A stretch of 64,000 nt of DNA from Oligoflexia bacterium (GTDB lineage: Bacteria > Bdellovibrionota > UBA1018): positions 384,001 through 448,000 of the forward strand of contig CAVWVI010000003.1 of NCBI GenBank assembly GCA_963758495.1. The letters run 5' to 3'. The notes under the pieces were generated by a model. That model searched no databases. It was given only the letters and a program-made list of their open reading frames with translations, and had not been told where the DNA came from. The translations under genes were made by a program, and so were the position numbers. Within the stretch, counting starts at the first letter, position 1; every line of letters begins with the position of its first letter. Below are positions 51,149 through 61,255 of the stretch, piece after piece.

Positions 51149-51526
51149 CTAGATCTGCATACGCATTATTTCTTTGTATGCATCTAAAATTTTATTTCTT
51201 ACTTGCATCATTAGTTTTAACGAGGTATCAGCTCGCTCTATTGTGAGCATAGTTTCATGAATGTTTTTATTCCTTCCCGCGACGAGTTCAGAAACAGCTG
51301 TATCTGCCTGCTTCTGGTATAAATTCGCTTTATCAACAGAGTCTCGTAAAATGTCAGAAAAATTTTTACCTGCCTCGGCCGCGCCTGCCGAAGACATACC
51401 CTGATTTTGCATCTCACTCATGACTCGATTTTCAGCCGGAACGGCTTCCATCGATCCACTCAAAAGTTGCTCGACGTTTCCTGATTGAACAATTTTATTT
51501 AAATTAGATACAGTTAAATCAGTCAT
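51149..51526 (-). CDS. fliE: Hook-basal body protein FliE
   Basis: QVRNKILDAYKEIMRMQI C-terminus. Confidence 0.95.
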   Translation of the reverse strand: MTDLTVSNLNKIVQSGNVEQLLSGSMEAVPAENRVMSEMQNQGMSSAGAAEAGKNFSDILRDSVDKANLYQKQADTAVSELVAGRNKNIHETMLTIERADTSLKLMMQVRNKILDAYKEIMRMQI

Positions 51527-51538
51527 TTATCTTCCTAA

Positions 51539-51982
51539 TTAACGCCCAATTTCCAATGCTTTTTGAGCCATCGACTTTGCTGCGCCCATTGCAGTTACAT
51601 TAGCCTCATAGGATCGCTGAGCACTAATCATATTAGCCATTTCTTCTACAGGATTTACATTAGGCATTGCCACATATCCCTCAGAATTTGCATCCGGATG
51701 GTGGGGATTATAGACCATTCTCGGAGCCTTTACGTCTTCTGCAATATCCACAACCTGAACACCCTGAACGTTCTCATCCAGTGCACTTTGTAAAATCTCT
51801 CCAAAATTCTCTCGATCTGTTTGGGCTGCAAATATGGGGTCCTTTTTTCGATAAGGACCATTTCCAGGACCTACTCCGCGAGTCGTTTCAGCATTAGCAA
51901 TATTGCTCGAAATCGTATTCATTCTTTTTGTTTGAGCATCTAATCCTGAAGCACTTACTCTCATCGATGAAAAAAAGTCCAT
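51539..51982 (-). CDS. flgC: Basal-body rod protein FlgC
   Basis: NIANAETT, YNPHHPDA, MPNVNPVEEM and RSYEANV. Confidence 0.97.
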   Translation of the reverse strand: MDFFSSMRVSASGLDAQTKRMNTISSNIANAETTRGVGPGNGPYRKKDPIFAAQTDRENFGEILQSALDENVQGVQVVDIAEDVKAPRMVYNPHHPDANSEGYVAMPNVNPVEEMANMISAQRSYEANVTAMGAAKSMAQKALEIGR

Positions 51983-52398
51983 TAACGATTTCCTCCACCT
52001 TCTGTAACCGCATATCTCAACATCCCTAATTTTCTTTTTAGCATTTCAGTTGAAGCATCATAAAGGATTTGATTTTCTGCAAGTTTCGCCATTTCTGCTG
52101 ATCGATCAACAGTATTTCCATCTAACGATTCAATTCCATTCGGATCATCATAGATCTCTGGTGTTACCGGGTCTGTAGACCGGTGAACAATGTGATTTGG
52201 ATTTGTTTCTGCTGTTGGAATCTGATCTCCAACGCCCAATGCGTCTCGTAATGCAGACTCAAACTCCATAACTTTTGATTTGTATCCTGGAGTATCTGCA
52301 TTAGCTATATTGGAGCTGATCACATTTTGATTCGCAAGTCTCAGATTCAAAGATGTGTTCAGCGCACCTATGACTGGATCAAACCCACCATCTCCCAT
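51982..52398 (-). CDS. flgB: Basal-body rod protein FlgB
   Basis: NIANADTPGYK and DGNTVD. Confidence 0.96.
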   Translation of the reverse strand: MGDGGFDPVIGALNTSLNLRLANQNVISSNIANADTPGYKSKVMEFESALRDALGVGDQIPTAETNPNHIVHRSTDPVTPEIYDDPNGIESLDGNTVDRSAEMAKLAENQILYDASTEMLKRKLGMLRYAVTEGGGNR

Positions 52399-52420
52399 AA
52401 TTTTCCTTCATCAAATAGAA

Positions 52421-52436
52421 TTCAAGTATTGTGCCT
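52421..52436 (-). promoter_or_regulatory. Putative sigma54 -24/-12 promoter for the flgB operon
   Basis: Minus strand AGGCAC-AATAC-TTGAA: correct GG-N10 spacing but GA instead of GC at -12. Confidence 0.5.
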
Positions 52437-52662
52437 AAAAAACCGATCAAGAAAGAACTGAAATTTAAGCCTATTCTGAAAATAATCTCTTTCACTAGGC
52501 AAAATAAATCCGGAAAAATAATCCATCTCACGCCAGTTTTGCCTAGTATCCAATCTTACGTAATCGTAAACAGCTCCTTTAAGGCTGTTGACAAGTACTA
52601 TAAGGAATCCTGTTACGCCGTAAAGATTTGGATTCCCGGCGCAACAGGACTCCTTATAGTGA

Positions 52663-53640
52663 TTAAACTTGAATCCCAAGACGACGATAGTCTGCTAGTT
52701 TATTCCTTAAGGTACGAATAGAGATCCCTAGGGCACGAGCCGTGTGTGTTCTATTTCCATGATGATACTGAAGTGCTTCTAATATGACGTTCTTTTCAAT
52801 ATCATCCAGAGTACGCCCTGGCATCCAATTAATATCCGTAGCGAGAGATGCCTTCCCAAAAAGCTGAGATGAAAGGTGGTTTGAGAGCTGGCGACGTTCT
52901 ATATAAATATCTCGATCGTAAACTTTATTTCCTTGCGTTGTAATCACTGCTCTTTCAATTACATTTTCCAATTCACGAATATTACCGGGCCAATTATGTG
53001 ACTCAAGTAAAGTGAGTGCCTCAGGTGAAAACCCCAGGACTTGTTTCTTATTTTTTTCTGCATATTCTTTCAGAAAATGTAGACTCAGGACTTTCACATC
53101 ACCGATTCTTTCTCGAAGTGCCGGCAGGGTCAAATTGACAACATTTAGACGATAAAATAGATCTTCTCGAAATGTCCCTTGTTTAATACAATCTGTAAGA
53201 TTTCGATTAGTCGTGGCGACGATTCGCACATCTACAGAAATAGGTCTACGACCGCCAATGCGATCTACTTCACCTTCTTGAATCGCTCTTAGAAGTTTTG
53301 CTTGTAGGCGAACTTCCATCTCAGAAATTTCATCTAAAAGTAAGGTACCCCCCATAGCCATTTCAAATTTCCCGGCCTTGGTACCTACCGCTCCAGTGAA
53401 AGCTCCTCTTTCATAGCCAAAAAGCTCAGATTCCAATAAGTTTTCTGGGATAGCAGCGCAATTAATTGCAACATATGGCTTGCCCGCCCGATTACTATTC
53501 TGATGAACTAAGTTTGCTACTAATTCCTTGCCCGTACCGCTTTCACCTTGAATCAAAATGGTAGCCTTACTCTGAGCCACCGTTTTTGCTAGCTGGATGA
53601 CTTCACGCATTCTTAGGTCTGTAGTTAGAATTTCACTCAT
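52663..53640 (-). CDS. Sigma54-dependent activator (AAA+ plus HTH) without a regulatory domain, FlrC/FlgR-like
   Basis: GESGTGKE, GAFTGA, LLDEI, WPGNIRELEN and Fis-type HTH; GGAGG SD before ATG 53640. Confidence 0.9.
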   Translation of the reverse strand: MSEILTTDLRMREVIQLAKTVAQSKATILIQGESGTGKELVANLVHQNSNRAGKPYVAINCAAIPENLLESELFGYERGAFTGAVGTKAGKFEMAMGGTLLLDEISEMEVRLQAKLLRAIQEGEVDRIGGRRPISVDVRIVATTNRNLTDCIKQGTFREDLFYRLNVVNLTLPALRERIGDVKVLSLHFLKEYAEKNKKQVLGFSPEALTLLESHNWPGNIRELENVIERAVITTQGNKVYDRDIYIERRQLSNHLSSQLFGKASLATDINWMPGRTLDDIEKNVILEALQYHHGNRTHTARALGISIRTLRNKLADYRRLGIQV

Positions 53641-56434
53641 TTTTGCCCTCCTTGGCATTTTTAGTTACAAGGTCTTCACTTTTACTATTAGCTAGCGATT
53701 CCTGTGCTAGCCTTATCCAGAAATCGTCAGTTCCATTTTTTACCTGACTACTCGCCAACTTTTCGAGAGCTTCCTGTCCCTTAAGTCTTTGAGAAGGATC
53801 ATTTGATTTTCTTAAAGTAATTGCATATTGGTAACGGACTTGATCTCCGCCTAAGCCCTTCTCTAATGCTTTCGAGTAGACTAATGCAGCATCACCCCAA
53901 CGCTTTAGTTTTTCAAAAAATTCCGCTTGCTGTAATAGCACCTCATTAAACGTGGGGGTTGCGGGCACGCCTAGTAAATCCTCTACTTGTATCTCTGAGG
54001 TAGAGGAAAGCTGCTTGTTTTTGAAGTTTTTTTCGGAATCTTTATCGACTTGTTTTCCTTCAATTTTATTTTTTGAATCTAATTGTTGCTCTAAATGTTG
54101 ATTAATATTTAATGCAACATCAATATCACCGATTTTTGATTCAAGTCGAACTATCCAAGCATCCAGCCGGGGTTGGTTTTTAATGAGTTGAGCCCGGCTC
54201 ACATGTTCGATCGCCGACTTAAGATTTTCTTCTTTTTCGTCCATTATACCTAGAATCAGCTCTTTTTGATAAGAGTATTCAGATTCATCTTTTACCATTG
54301 CCAGTAAGCTTCGAATTTTTTCGTTATTCGCTTCTTTTTTTGAGAATTGAAAATCGATCCAAAGAGCTTTTGCTTGAACGAAGTTTTCCTCTGAATTTTT
54401 AAGTTCTATCTCTAAATCTTCAGTTGGCTCAGCGAGATCCGTTTTAGCCTGCATGTGAGAGGATTGTTGATATTTTTTAAATAATTCATCGCCAAATTTT
54501 GACATCCCTAGATCTAAGGCTGCTTGAGACAGTTTCAATAAATATTCATGATCTGAAGTATTTTCTAAGCCTGAAATCAAGTGCGCTTTGTCTCCATAGA
54601 TTTTAAGCGCTTCATATTTTTTCCCCTGTGCCAAAAGCTCTGAAATTTCTCTTCCTAAAAAATTATTTGAAAATGTAACAAGAGTGTTCTTTACATAGGG
54701 GAGCTTTACATTTTCAAGCTCTTGAATGGCTCCATTTGTAGCCTGTTCCAAGGTACCTAATGTAATAAGCCCCTGAACGTGAGCTAGAGCACGAAAATCT
54801 TGATAGTTTTTAAGAACCACCTCTTCTGACCCATTGAAGTTTTTAGCTTCTTGAGAGAAGAATCTTTCCAACGAATCCACAGTGAACCCTCCATGATCTT
54901 CACAGGGAATGAGTCGAAGTCTCGCTAATGTTGCACCTGGACTGAAAGGATAGCGATTGATTGTGGTGTAGAACCATTCTCTCGAGGAGTGATTGAACGT
55001 ATTTAGATTTCGACCTTCTATTTCACCTAATCGGAATGTCGCCCTCCATCCTTCTGGATGGTTTGGAAAAATCTCTAGAAACTCCTTAAAACTTTCTTGC
55101 GCTCTGTCGTATTGTCCTAATTGATAAAGTGATTCAGCTCTATTTATATAAAAAGACGGATACTTTTTAGCTTCACTCTTAAAATAGTTAATTCCTTGAA
55201 AATATGCACCTAAGGCTTGTGCATACTGAAACCTAAGAAGATAAAGATCACCTAAACGAAACGCTGCCTCAGCTTTATCTGATGTTTGAGGAGCATTATC
55301 CATAACCCACCGATATTCTAAAGCCGCTCTGTCAACTTGACTCAGGGAGTAGAGGGACTCAGCCGCTCCAAGATGAAACACCCAAGCAAGTTTGTAATGA
55401 GAATAATGATGAGCCAACCAAAGATAGTTTTCCAATGCGGCCAAGTATGAATTCTGATCAAGAAGTTTTGCTCCTAGATACATACTTGAATGTAAAGCGA
55501 CAGAGGAGCTAGGCGCATCTGTCATTAATTTCCTTAAAATTGCTTCACCTTCACTGCTAAATCCTAATTTAATTAAGGAATTTGCTCTAAGAAAATTCAT
55601 TTCCAATCTAAATTCGGATCGAGGATATTCCGAATCAAAAAAGTCTAATGTCCGAATAGCTAATCCAATTTTACCTTGTCCATAGAGATCAATTGCTAAG
55701 CGTACATATTGAGCTTCTTTGGTCTTCTTTTTCGCTTTGTAGTAAGAAAAATCTGCATCCGGGGTTATTACTGAAAACCAGCGATGAAAATCTACTTTTT
55801 GATGTACAGGATTAAAACCTAGGAAAACATCTGTATTTTCTTTTAAAGGTTGCTTACAAAATCGACTCAGATTGGCTTCTTCTTTTTTTTTATTTTCAGC
55901 TATCAACTTCCGGTTGAATTTTTTTTTCCTTTCTTCTTCATTTTTTTTCGCCATGAATGAAAGTTGGGCTCGATGCTTGGATGCTTTCACTTCTAAAAGA
56001 GTCGGACCTTCTTTAAGCCAAAAATCAACGACATAACGTGGAGGATTTTTCTCATAATAATCAAAAAATTCCATTGTCGGATTAGCCAATGCTAGTTTGC
56101 CAATTGGAAATTTCCACTTTCCTTTTAGCCTCACGCCTTCTGGCAGCTCATCCAATACCAATGATCCCGTACGAATATCATTTAACTTCTCGAGTTGCTG
56201 CTTCCAGGTTTGCTCCTCCCCAAGAGGCGCGCCTAAATCCACGAGACTCGCCCCTTTTAGCAAAACCTCAAATCCTTGGTTCTCATTTTTCCATTTAACA
56301 GGCACTCTTTCACTCATATGAAGAATAATCCGACTATGAGTGCTGAAAGTGAGAAGCTCAACAGCATCGCCTGCCTTTGCCCATGAGCAAATATGAAATA
56401 AGATCAAGGCCACGATCCAGTGTGAATTTTTCAT
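53633..56434 (-). CDS. Large exported tetratricopeptide-repeat protein
   Basis: Signal peptide MKNSHWIVALILFHICSWAKA; repeated TPR helices (AAFRLGDLY, RAESLYQLG, ATFRLGEI). Confidence 0.8.
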   Translation of the reverse strand: MKNSHWIVALILFHICSWAKAGDAVELLTFSTHSRIILHMSERVPVKWKNENQGFEVLLKGASLVDLGAPLGEEQTWKQQLEKLNDIRTGSLVLDELPEGVRLKGKWKFPIGKLALANPTMEFFDYYEKNPPRYVVDFWLKEGPTLLEVKASKHRAQLSFMAKKNEEERKKKFNRKLIAENKKKEEANLSRFCKQPLKENTDVFLGFNPVHQKVDFHRWFSVITPDADFSYYKAKKKTKEAQYVRLAIDLYGQGKIGLAIRTLDFFDSEYPRSEFRLEMNFLRANSLIKLGFSSEGEAILRKLMTDAPSSSVALHSSMYLGAKLLDQNSYLAALENYLWLAHHYSHYKLAWVFHLGAAESLYSLSQVDRAALEYRWVMDNAPQTSDKAEAAFRLGDLYLLRFQYAQALGAYFQGINYFKSEAKKYPSFYINRAESLYQLGQYDRAQESFKEFLEIFPNHPEGWRATFRLGEIEGRNLNTFNHSSREWFYTTINRYPFSPGATLARLRLIPCEDHGGFTVDSLERFFSQEAKNFNGSEEVVLKNYQDFRALAHVQGLITLGTLEQATNGAIQELENVKLPYVKNTLVTFSNNFLGREISELLAQGKKYEALKIYGDKAHLISGLENTSDHEYLLKLSQAALDLGMSKFGDELFKKYQQSSHMQAKTDLAEPTEDLEIELKNSEENFVQAKALWIDFQFSKKEANNEKIRSLLAMVKDESEYSYQKELILGIMDEKEENLKSAIEHVSRAQLIKNQPRLDAWIVRLESKIGDIDVALNINQHLEQQLDSKNKIEGKQVDKDSEKNFKNKQLSSTSEIQVEDLLGVPATPTFNEVLLQQAEFFEKLKRWGDAALVYSKALEKGLGGDQVRYQYAITLRKSNDPSQRLKGQEALEKLASSQVKNGTDDFWIRLAQESLANSKSEDLVTKNAKEGKNE

Positions 56435-56462
56435 TAGAGCTTCCTGCTCTCCTCTTGTCTTC

Positions 56463-56501
56463 TTATTCAATTAGGTTATTCAAATAGGTTATTCAAATAA
56501 G
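56463..56501. repeat. Three tandem 13-bp repeats TTATTCAA(A/T)TA(G/A)G
   Basis: 56463 TTATTCAATTAGG, 56476 TTATTCAAATAGG, 56489 TTATTCAAATAAG. Confidence 0.85.
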
Positions 56502-56511
56502 CAAGATACCA

Positions 56512-56528
56512 AGCAAGCAAGATGCCAA
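56512..56528 (-). promoter_or_regulatory. Sigma54 -24/-12 promoter for the TPR-activator operon
   Basis: Minus strand TTGGCAT-CTTGC-TTGCT matches TGGCAY-N5-TTGC. Confidence 0.7.
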
Positions 56529-56767
56529 GTTTTTTAATCAATCTCTCTAGGGTTCAGGAGCTGAGTAATCTTATGAAGCTACTAGGTAATCCTTGACCGA
56601 GTTGATTTAGCAGATGGGAAAAATAGATGCCTGTTTTTTTGACCTATCGTCAGAAAAGACTACAGTTTACGGCGAAACTTTGACAGTTTAGTAAAAAATT
56701 CCAGTCAGTAGTGATTTTTGAATGAATCGTAATGGCTTAAAGCCTGGTAAGCTTAAAGGACATAAAA

Positions 56768-57334
56768 ATGAAAAAATATTTTATTTCTCTCCTTATATTT
56801 ATACTTTTGTTCCAGACTGGCTGCAGTTTACTTTTTGGAAATATCCGGAGTGAAGACGAGAAATCGACAACCTATAGAATAGCGGACCTTTCCAAAACAA
56901 ATCCAGACTGGTTAAAGCTTGATCCTAAAAGCATAAATGATACGGTAAACGTCGACGGCAATAGTTCGGGGAATGGAGTATCAGATGTTCTATTTCAATC
57001 TCAAAAAACCGCTTCGATTATTTCGATGAATTCAACATGTAGAACTAGCGAAAAAAAAGAAGAACGACAAAGCTTAAGAGAACTCTCTAGAGAATTGCTC
57101 CTTGGAATCTCTGATATTACATCCCAGGTCGAAAAATCTTTGACTCTCCAAAATACAAAGGCTTTGCAAACGACTATAAAGGGAAAAATGAATCATGAAG
57201 AAATGACGCTCCGAACCATCGTACTTCAATACTCTCATTGCATTTATGACCTCATGTATGTCACACGGCCTGAGCACTTTGAGGAAAATGAATCAGACTT
57301 TAATCACTTCGCTGATTCCCTTCGACTCAAATAA
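56768..57334 (+). CDS. Hypothetical lipoprotein at the head of the mla operon
   Basis: Lipobox-like FQTGC; AAGGA SD. Confidence 0.7.
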   Translation: MKKYFISLLIFILLFQTGCSLLFGNIRSEDEKSTTYRIADLSKTNPDWLKLDPKSINDTVNVDGNSSGNGVSDVLFQSQKTASIISMNSTCRTSEKKEERQSLRELSRELLLGISDITSQVEKSLTLQNTKALQTTIKGKMNHEEMTLRTIVLQYSHCIYDLMYVTRPEHFEENESDFNHFADSLRLK

Positions 57335-57363
57335 AGTATCAAACCGAGAGGGGGATAAAAACC

Positions 57364-58203
57364 ATGAATGATATTTACTTGAAGGAATTATCAGAGGAAC
57401 TTCATACTGCTCCTTTGTCATTAGCGAGTCAAATTGGACGACGTATCCTAGACATGCTTCAGTTTTTAGGGGGATATGGATTGCTCTGTGTTCAGATCGT
57501 AAAAGAATGCCTTTACCCTCCTTTTTATTTCAAGCTCATTCTTGAACAAATCTTTGCAATTGGAGTTCAATCAATTTTGCTGGTAGCCGTCACTGCCTTA
57601 GCGACCGGCTCAGTTATGGCCCTTCAATTTGGTTATGGAGTAGCAAAGTTTGGGGGGAAATTATATGTTCCTAAAGTCGTTACTTTAGCCATTTTACGAG
57701 AAATGGGACCCGTTTTCACAAGTCTCTTGGTTGCAGGTAGAATTGGATCAGGCATTGCCTCTGAAGTAGGCTCCATGAAGGTCACTCAACAAATCGATGC
57801 AATCCGCGCCTTAGGAACAAGTCCAATTAAGCGAATTGTCATTCCCCGGTTAGTTGCTAGTTTGATCTCCCTTCCTATTCTTACCTTATTTGCTGATTAT
57901 ATCGGTCTTTTGGGCGCGATGATTGTCTGCTCAACTGAACTGGGTATTAATAAAGAGTATTTTTTTTCTAAAGCGATCGAGACTTTGCGGATGTATGATC
58001 TTTTTACAGGTATGGCTAAAACCGTTGTCTTTGCGTTTTTTATAGCTGTCTCTGCTTGCTGGAAAGGATTGAATACAGAAGGAGGAACGCAGGGAGTTGG
58101 CAATTCTACAACGTGGGTCGTGGTTGCCTCTAGTATTTTCATCATGATCAGTGACTTTTTCCTCACTAAACTCTTCATTTTAACAGTTTATCCAAGGAGC
58201 TAA
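57364..58203 (+). CDS. mlaE: MlaE-family lipid-asymmetry ABC permease
   Basis: REMGPVFT, AGRIGS, EVGSMKVTQQIDA and GVGNSTT. Confidence 0.93.
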   Translation: MNDIYLKELSEELHTAPLSLASQIGRRILDMLQFLGGYGLLCVQIVKECLYPPFYFKLILEQIFAIGVQSILLVAVTALATGSVMALQFGYGVAKFGGKLYVPKVVTLAILREMGPVFTSLLVAGRIGSGIASEVGSMKVTQQIDAIRALGTSPIKRIVIPRLVASLISLPILTLFADYIGLLGAMIVCSTELGINKEYFFSKAIETLRMYDLFTGMAKTVVFAFFIAVSACWKGLNTEGGTQGVGNSTTWVVVASSIFIMISDFFLTKLFILTVYPRS

Positions 58204-58218
58204 AAATAATAAAAGATC

Positions 58219-58962
58219 ATGGAAAACCATCAAAATAAAATTGCACTGGATGTTCGTAATGTCTTTAAATCCTTCGGCAGTAAAGTCGTACATAATGGGG
58301 TATCCTTCCAGCTCTTAAAAGGTGAGATTTTGGGCCTCTTTGGGGGCTCTGGAACGGGTAAGAGCGTAATTTTAAGATCTATCATTGGACTCGAGTGCCC
58401 CGACAGGGGTGAAATTATTTTTGAAGGAAAAAATATTATTGGTCAGGATGAACGTGATCTCGTTAAAATTCGAACGAAAATTGGGTACGTTTTTCAAAAT
58501 GGCGCACTCTTTGATTCTCTCACTGTCGAAGAAAATCTATCCTACCCCCTCCTCGAACATACTGATCTCAATAGTGATGAAATTCATAAAAAAGTCGAAG
58601 CCATGTTAAAACTAATCGATTTACCCGAGAGTAATTCACTTTATCCCAATGAACTCTCGGGAGGGATGCAAAAACGAGCTGGGCTTGCCCGAGCCATTAT
58701 CTTAAAACCTCAAGTTATTCTATTTGATGAACCCACTGCAGGATTGGACCCACTGAATACAAAGAGACTCATTGATAATATAAAAACTTTAAAAGAAAAT
58801 GGAATTACAGGAATTTTTGTTACTCACGATATACCCAGTGCTTTTGAAATTGCGGATCGCATCGCTATTCTTTATGAGGGAAAGATCCGAGTCATTGATA
58901 CAGTGGAAAATATTAAAAAATCTACAGACCCATTAGTTCAATCATTTGTCAATAGTACTTAG
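58219..58962 (+). CDS. mlaF: MlaF-family ABC ATPase
   Basis: GGSGTGKS, FQNGALFDSL, LSGGMQKR and DEPTAGLDP. Confidence 0.93.
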   Translation: MENHQNKIALDVRNVFKSFGSKVVHNGVSFQLLKGEILGLFGGSGTGKSVILRSIIGLECPDRGEIIFEGKNIIGQDERDLVKIRTKIGYVFQNGALFDSLTVEENLSYPLLEHTDLNSDEIHKKVEAMLKLIDLPESNSLYPNELSGGMQKRAGLARAIILKPQVILFDEPTAGLDPLNTKRLIDNIKTLKENGITGIFVTHDIPSAFEIADRIAILYEGKIRVIDTVENIKKSTDPLVQSFVNST

Positions 58963-58995
58963 AAGATTATTTACAACCGAAAAGGGATCAGAGGT

Positions 58996-59820
58996 ATGCA
59001 CAACAAACAAACTAAGACTGAGATCAAGGTCGGTATTTTTGTCTCGATAGGGCTCACATTAATCATGCTTGCTATTCTTCTACTGGGAGGGGGTACTCAA
59101 AGTTTTTTTTCCAAGAAACTTCGATATACAGCCCATTTCTTACGGGTAGATGGCTTGATTACCGGAGCTAAAGTCATTTTAGGTGGTGTGCCTGTAGGTA
59201 CTGTCGAAAACATTGAACTTGATAAAACCAATAGGAATATCAAGGTAGAATTCTACGTAGATTCCACTGCCAAGGAGTGGATCAGAAATGATTCAAGGGT
59301 GGAAATTGCCACCCAAGGGGTCTTAGGAGATAAATACATCAGCATAGAGGCAGGGAATCAGGAACAACCTATTCTCCCCCCCGAATCTGATATTCCTAAT
59401 CGACCCACTAAAGATTTAAGTCAATTTCTGACCAAAGGCGATCAACTCATGGTCTCTTTAAATGGAATCGCTACAACTTTAGATGGAATTCTAAAAACTT
59501 TCGAAACTGATAATCGAAGTGATGTTTTCTTTAAAGGAATGACTCTTGCTGCAAAAAATCTTTCACAAGCCACTGAAAAATTAAATGAAGAATTAGATCA
59601 TAGTCAAATTAAGAGTACGCTCTCTCATCTGAATCAGATATTTGAAAAGATCAATAATGGCACGGGAACCATCGGTGCATTAGTCAATGACCCTAACCTC
59701 TACGACGAAATGAGAGCACTCATGGGCGGGGCCAATAGAAATAGAATTATACGCAATTTGGTTCGCCAAACGATTAAGGGATCAGAAGAACCTCTTCCGA
59801 CCCCAAAAGTACATCCTTAG
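58996..59820 (+). CDS. mlaD: MlaD/MCE-domain protein
   Basis: EIKVGIFV TM, V.GL..GA.V...GV.VG.V and GVLGDKYI. Confidence 0.9.
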   Translation: MHNKQTKTEIKVGIFVSIGLTLIMLAILLLGGGTQSFFSKKLRYTAHFLRVDGLITGAKVILGGVPVGTVENIELDKTNRNIKVEFYVDSTAKEWIRNDSRVEIATQGVLGDKYISIEAGNQEQPILPPESDIPNRPTKDLSQFLTKGDQLMVSLNGIATTLDGILKTFETDNRSDVFFKGMTLAAKNLSQATEKLNEELDHSQIKSTLSHLNQIFEKINNGTGTIGALVNDPNLYDEMRALMGGANRNRIIRNLVRQTIKGSEEPLPTPKVHP

Positions 59821-60899
59821 CTCTCAATTATCGGCAGTTGTCCATCCACTACTAAAGGTTCAGGATGAACCTCGACTTTTTCTCCAGCATTGATAGGAAT
59901 AATCATCCCACGCTTTCTCAGCTTTTCCACTAGAGTGGTCCGATTCATACTCAGAAGCCCACTTGCACGATTTTTATTTCCATTGGTTCGCGCAAGAGCC
60001 TGGTCGACTAAATGATTTTCAAATGCTGCAACGATCGCTTTTAAATCCACTCCTGAATTAGGAAGGACCATACGAGGGAACTCCCACTCAGAGAGGGCCC
60101 CTAAACCTTGAGGGCGAGCATCTGCATATTTTTGAAAAATCCGATGAGGCAAATCCCCTAAGTCTACGGTTCCTTGCCCCTTTAATATCACTAACCGCTC
60201 CATAAGATTTTCAAGTTCTCGTATATTTCCGGGCCAATCATAGGCCAGCAAAGCTTCCATAATTTGGCCTGAGGGTGCCTCTACCGAATATCCTGTCATC
60301 TCATTAAATTGCTGCACAAAGTGATGAACTAAAAGAGGGATATCGGTCTTCCGATCCCTCAAGGCGGGAATCTTAAGTGGAATCACATTCAAACGATAAT
60401 AGAGATCTTCTCGAAATTCTCGTTTTTGCACGGCTTCCTCAAGATCTCGATTTGTCGCTGCTATGATTCGAACATCCACTTCCATCGTACGAGAAGAACC
60501 TACAGGCTCAAATTGCCGTAACTGTAACACTCTTAATAATTTAACTTGAAGATGAAGGGGTAATTCTCCTACTTCATCCAAGAAAATAGTGCCACCATGA
60601 GCTAACTCAAACCGTCCTTGTCGACTCTGGATTGCTCCAGTAAATGCTCCTTTAACATGACCAAAGAGCTCTGCCTCAAGAAGATCAGACGGAATCGCAC
60701 TACAGTTTACAATTACTAAAGGTTTTAAAGCCTTAGAGGAGTTTTCATGGATAGCTCGAGCAACAAGCTCTTTGCCCGTACCACTTTCCCCAGTAATTAA
60801 AACTGTACTATCTGTCTGAGAAACTTTCTCGATAGTGTTAAATAGACTTTGAATTGCAAGACTTTCACCGACTAATGGAGACCGAAACGCGAGCATCAA
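59817..60899 (-). CDS. Sigma54-dependent activator (FleQ/FlrA-like) without an N-terminal domain
   Basis: GESGTGKE, GAFTGA, FLDEVG, WPGNIRELENL and NRTTLVEKL HTH. Confidence 0.9.
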   Translation of the reverse strand: MMLAFRSPLVGESLAIQSLFNTIEKVSQTDSTVLITGESGTGKELVARAIHENSSKALKPLVIVNCSAIPSDLLEAELFGHVKGAFTGAIQSRQGRFELAHGGTIFLDEVGELPLHLQVKLLRVLQLRQFEPVGSSRTMEVDVRIIAATNRDLEEAVQKREFREDLYYRLNVIPLKIPALRDRKTDIPLLVHHFVQQFNEMTGYSVEAPSGQIMEALLAYDWPGNIRELENLMERLVILKGQGTVDLGDLPHRIFQKYADARPQGLGALSEWEFPRMVLPNSGVDLKAIVAAFENHLVDQALARTNGNKNRASGLLSMNRTTLVEKLRKRGMIIPINAGEKVEVHPEPLVVDGQLPIIES

Positions 60900-61007
60900 T
60901 GCTCCCCTCCCCTTAACCCTTCCCTGAGTTTTAATTCTAAATCTTATCTGACGTGTAGTTCTCTTTAATATAGGCTAAGCAAACTTTGCCGGAGTGTCAA
61001 AAGGAAA

Positions 61008-61229
61008 CTAATAACCGAATGCAATACGAATCCATCTATCCGAATTCAGATCACCTCGAAAACCAATCCACAGAATGAATATAAGAACAAGGAAAATAGC
61101 TGAAGACCAAAAACAGTGTTGAACTGGATTATTTCTTCGCCTAAAGAAAAGGCCTAATTCTAGCAGAATAACAGAACAAGGCACCGCCCAATACGGATAA
61201 AGTCGAACTACAACAAAAATAAAGTGCAT
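61008..61229 (-). CDS. Small two-TM membrane protein
   Basis: 73 aa with two hydrophobic segments, directly downstream of metK. Confidence 0.55.
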   Translation of the reverse strand: MHFIFVVVRLYPYWAVPCSVILLELGLFFRRRNNPVQHCFWSSAIFLVLIFILWIGFRGDLNSDRWIRIAFGY

Positions 61230-61255
61230 TTAAATAAGTTTAAAGGAATCTACTT

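Noticed and set aside
31255..51897. Numerous short plus-strand ORFs inside the flagellar cluster
   Set aside because: Antisense shadows of well-supported minus-strand genes
52422..52721. Two overlapping short ORFs between the activator gene and flgB
   Set aside because: The region looks like a sigma54 promoter/enhancer spacer; neither ORF has motifs or a clear SD
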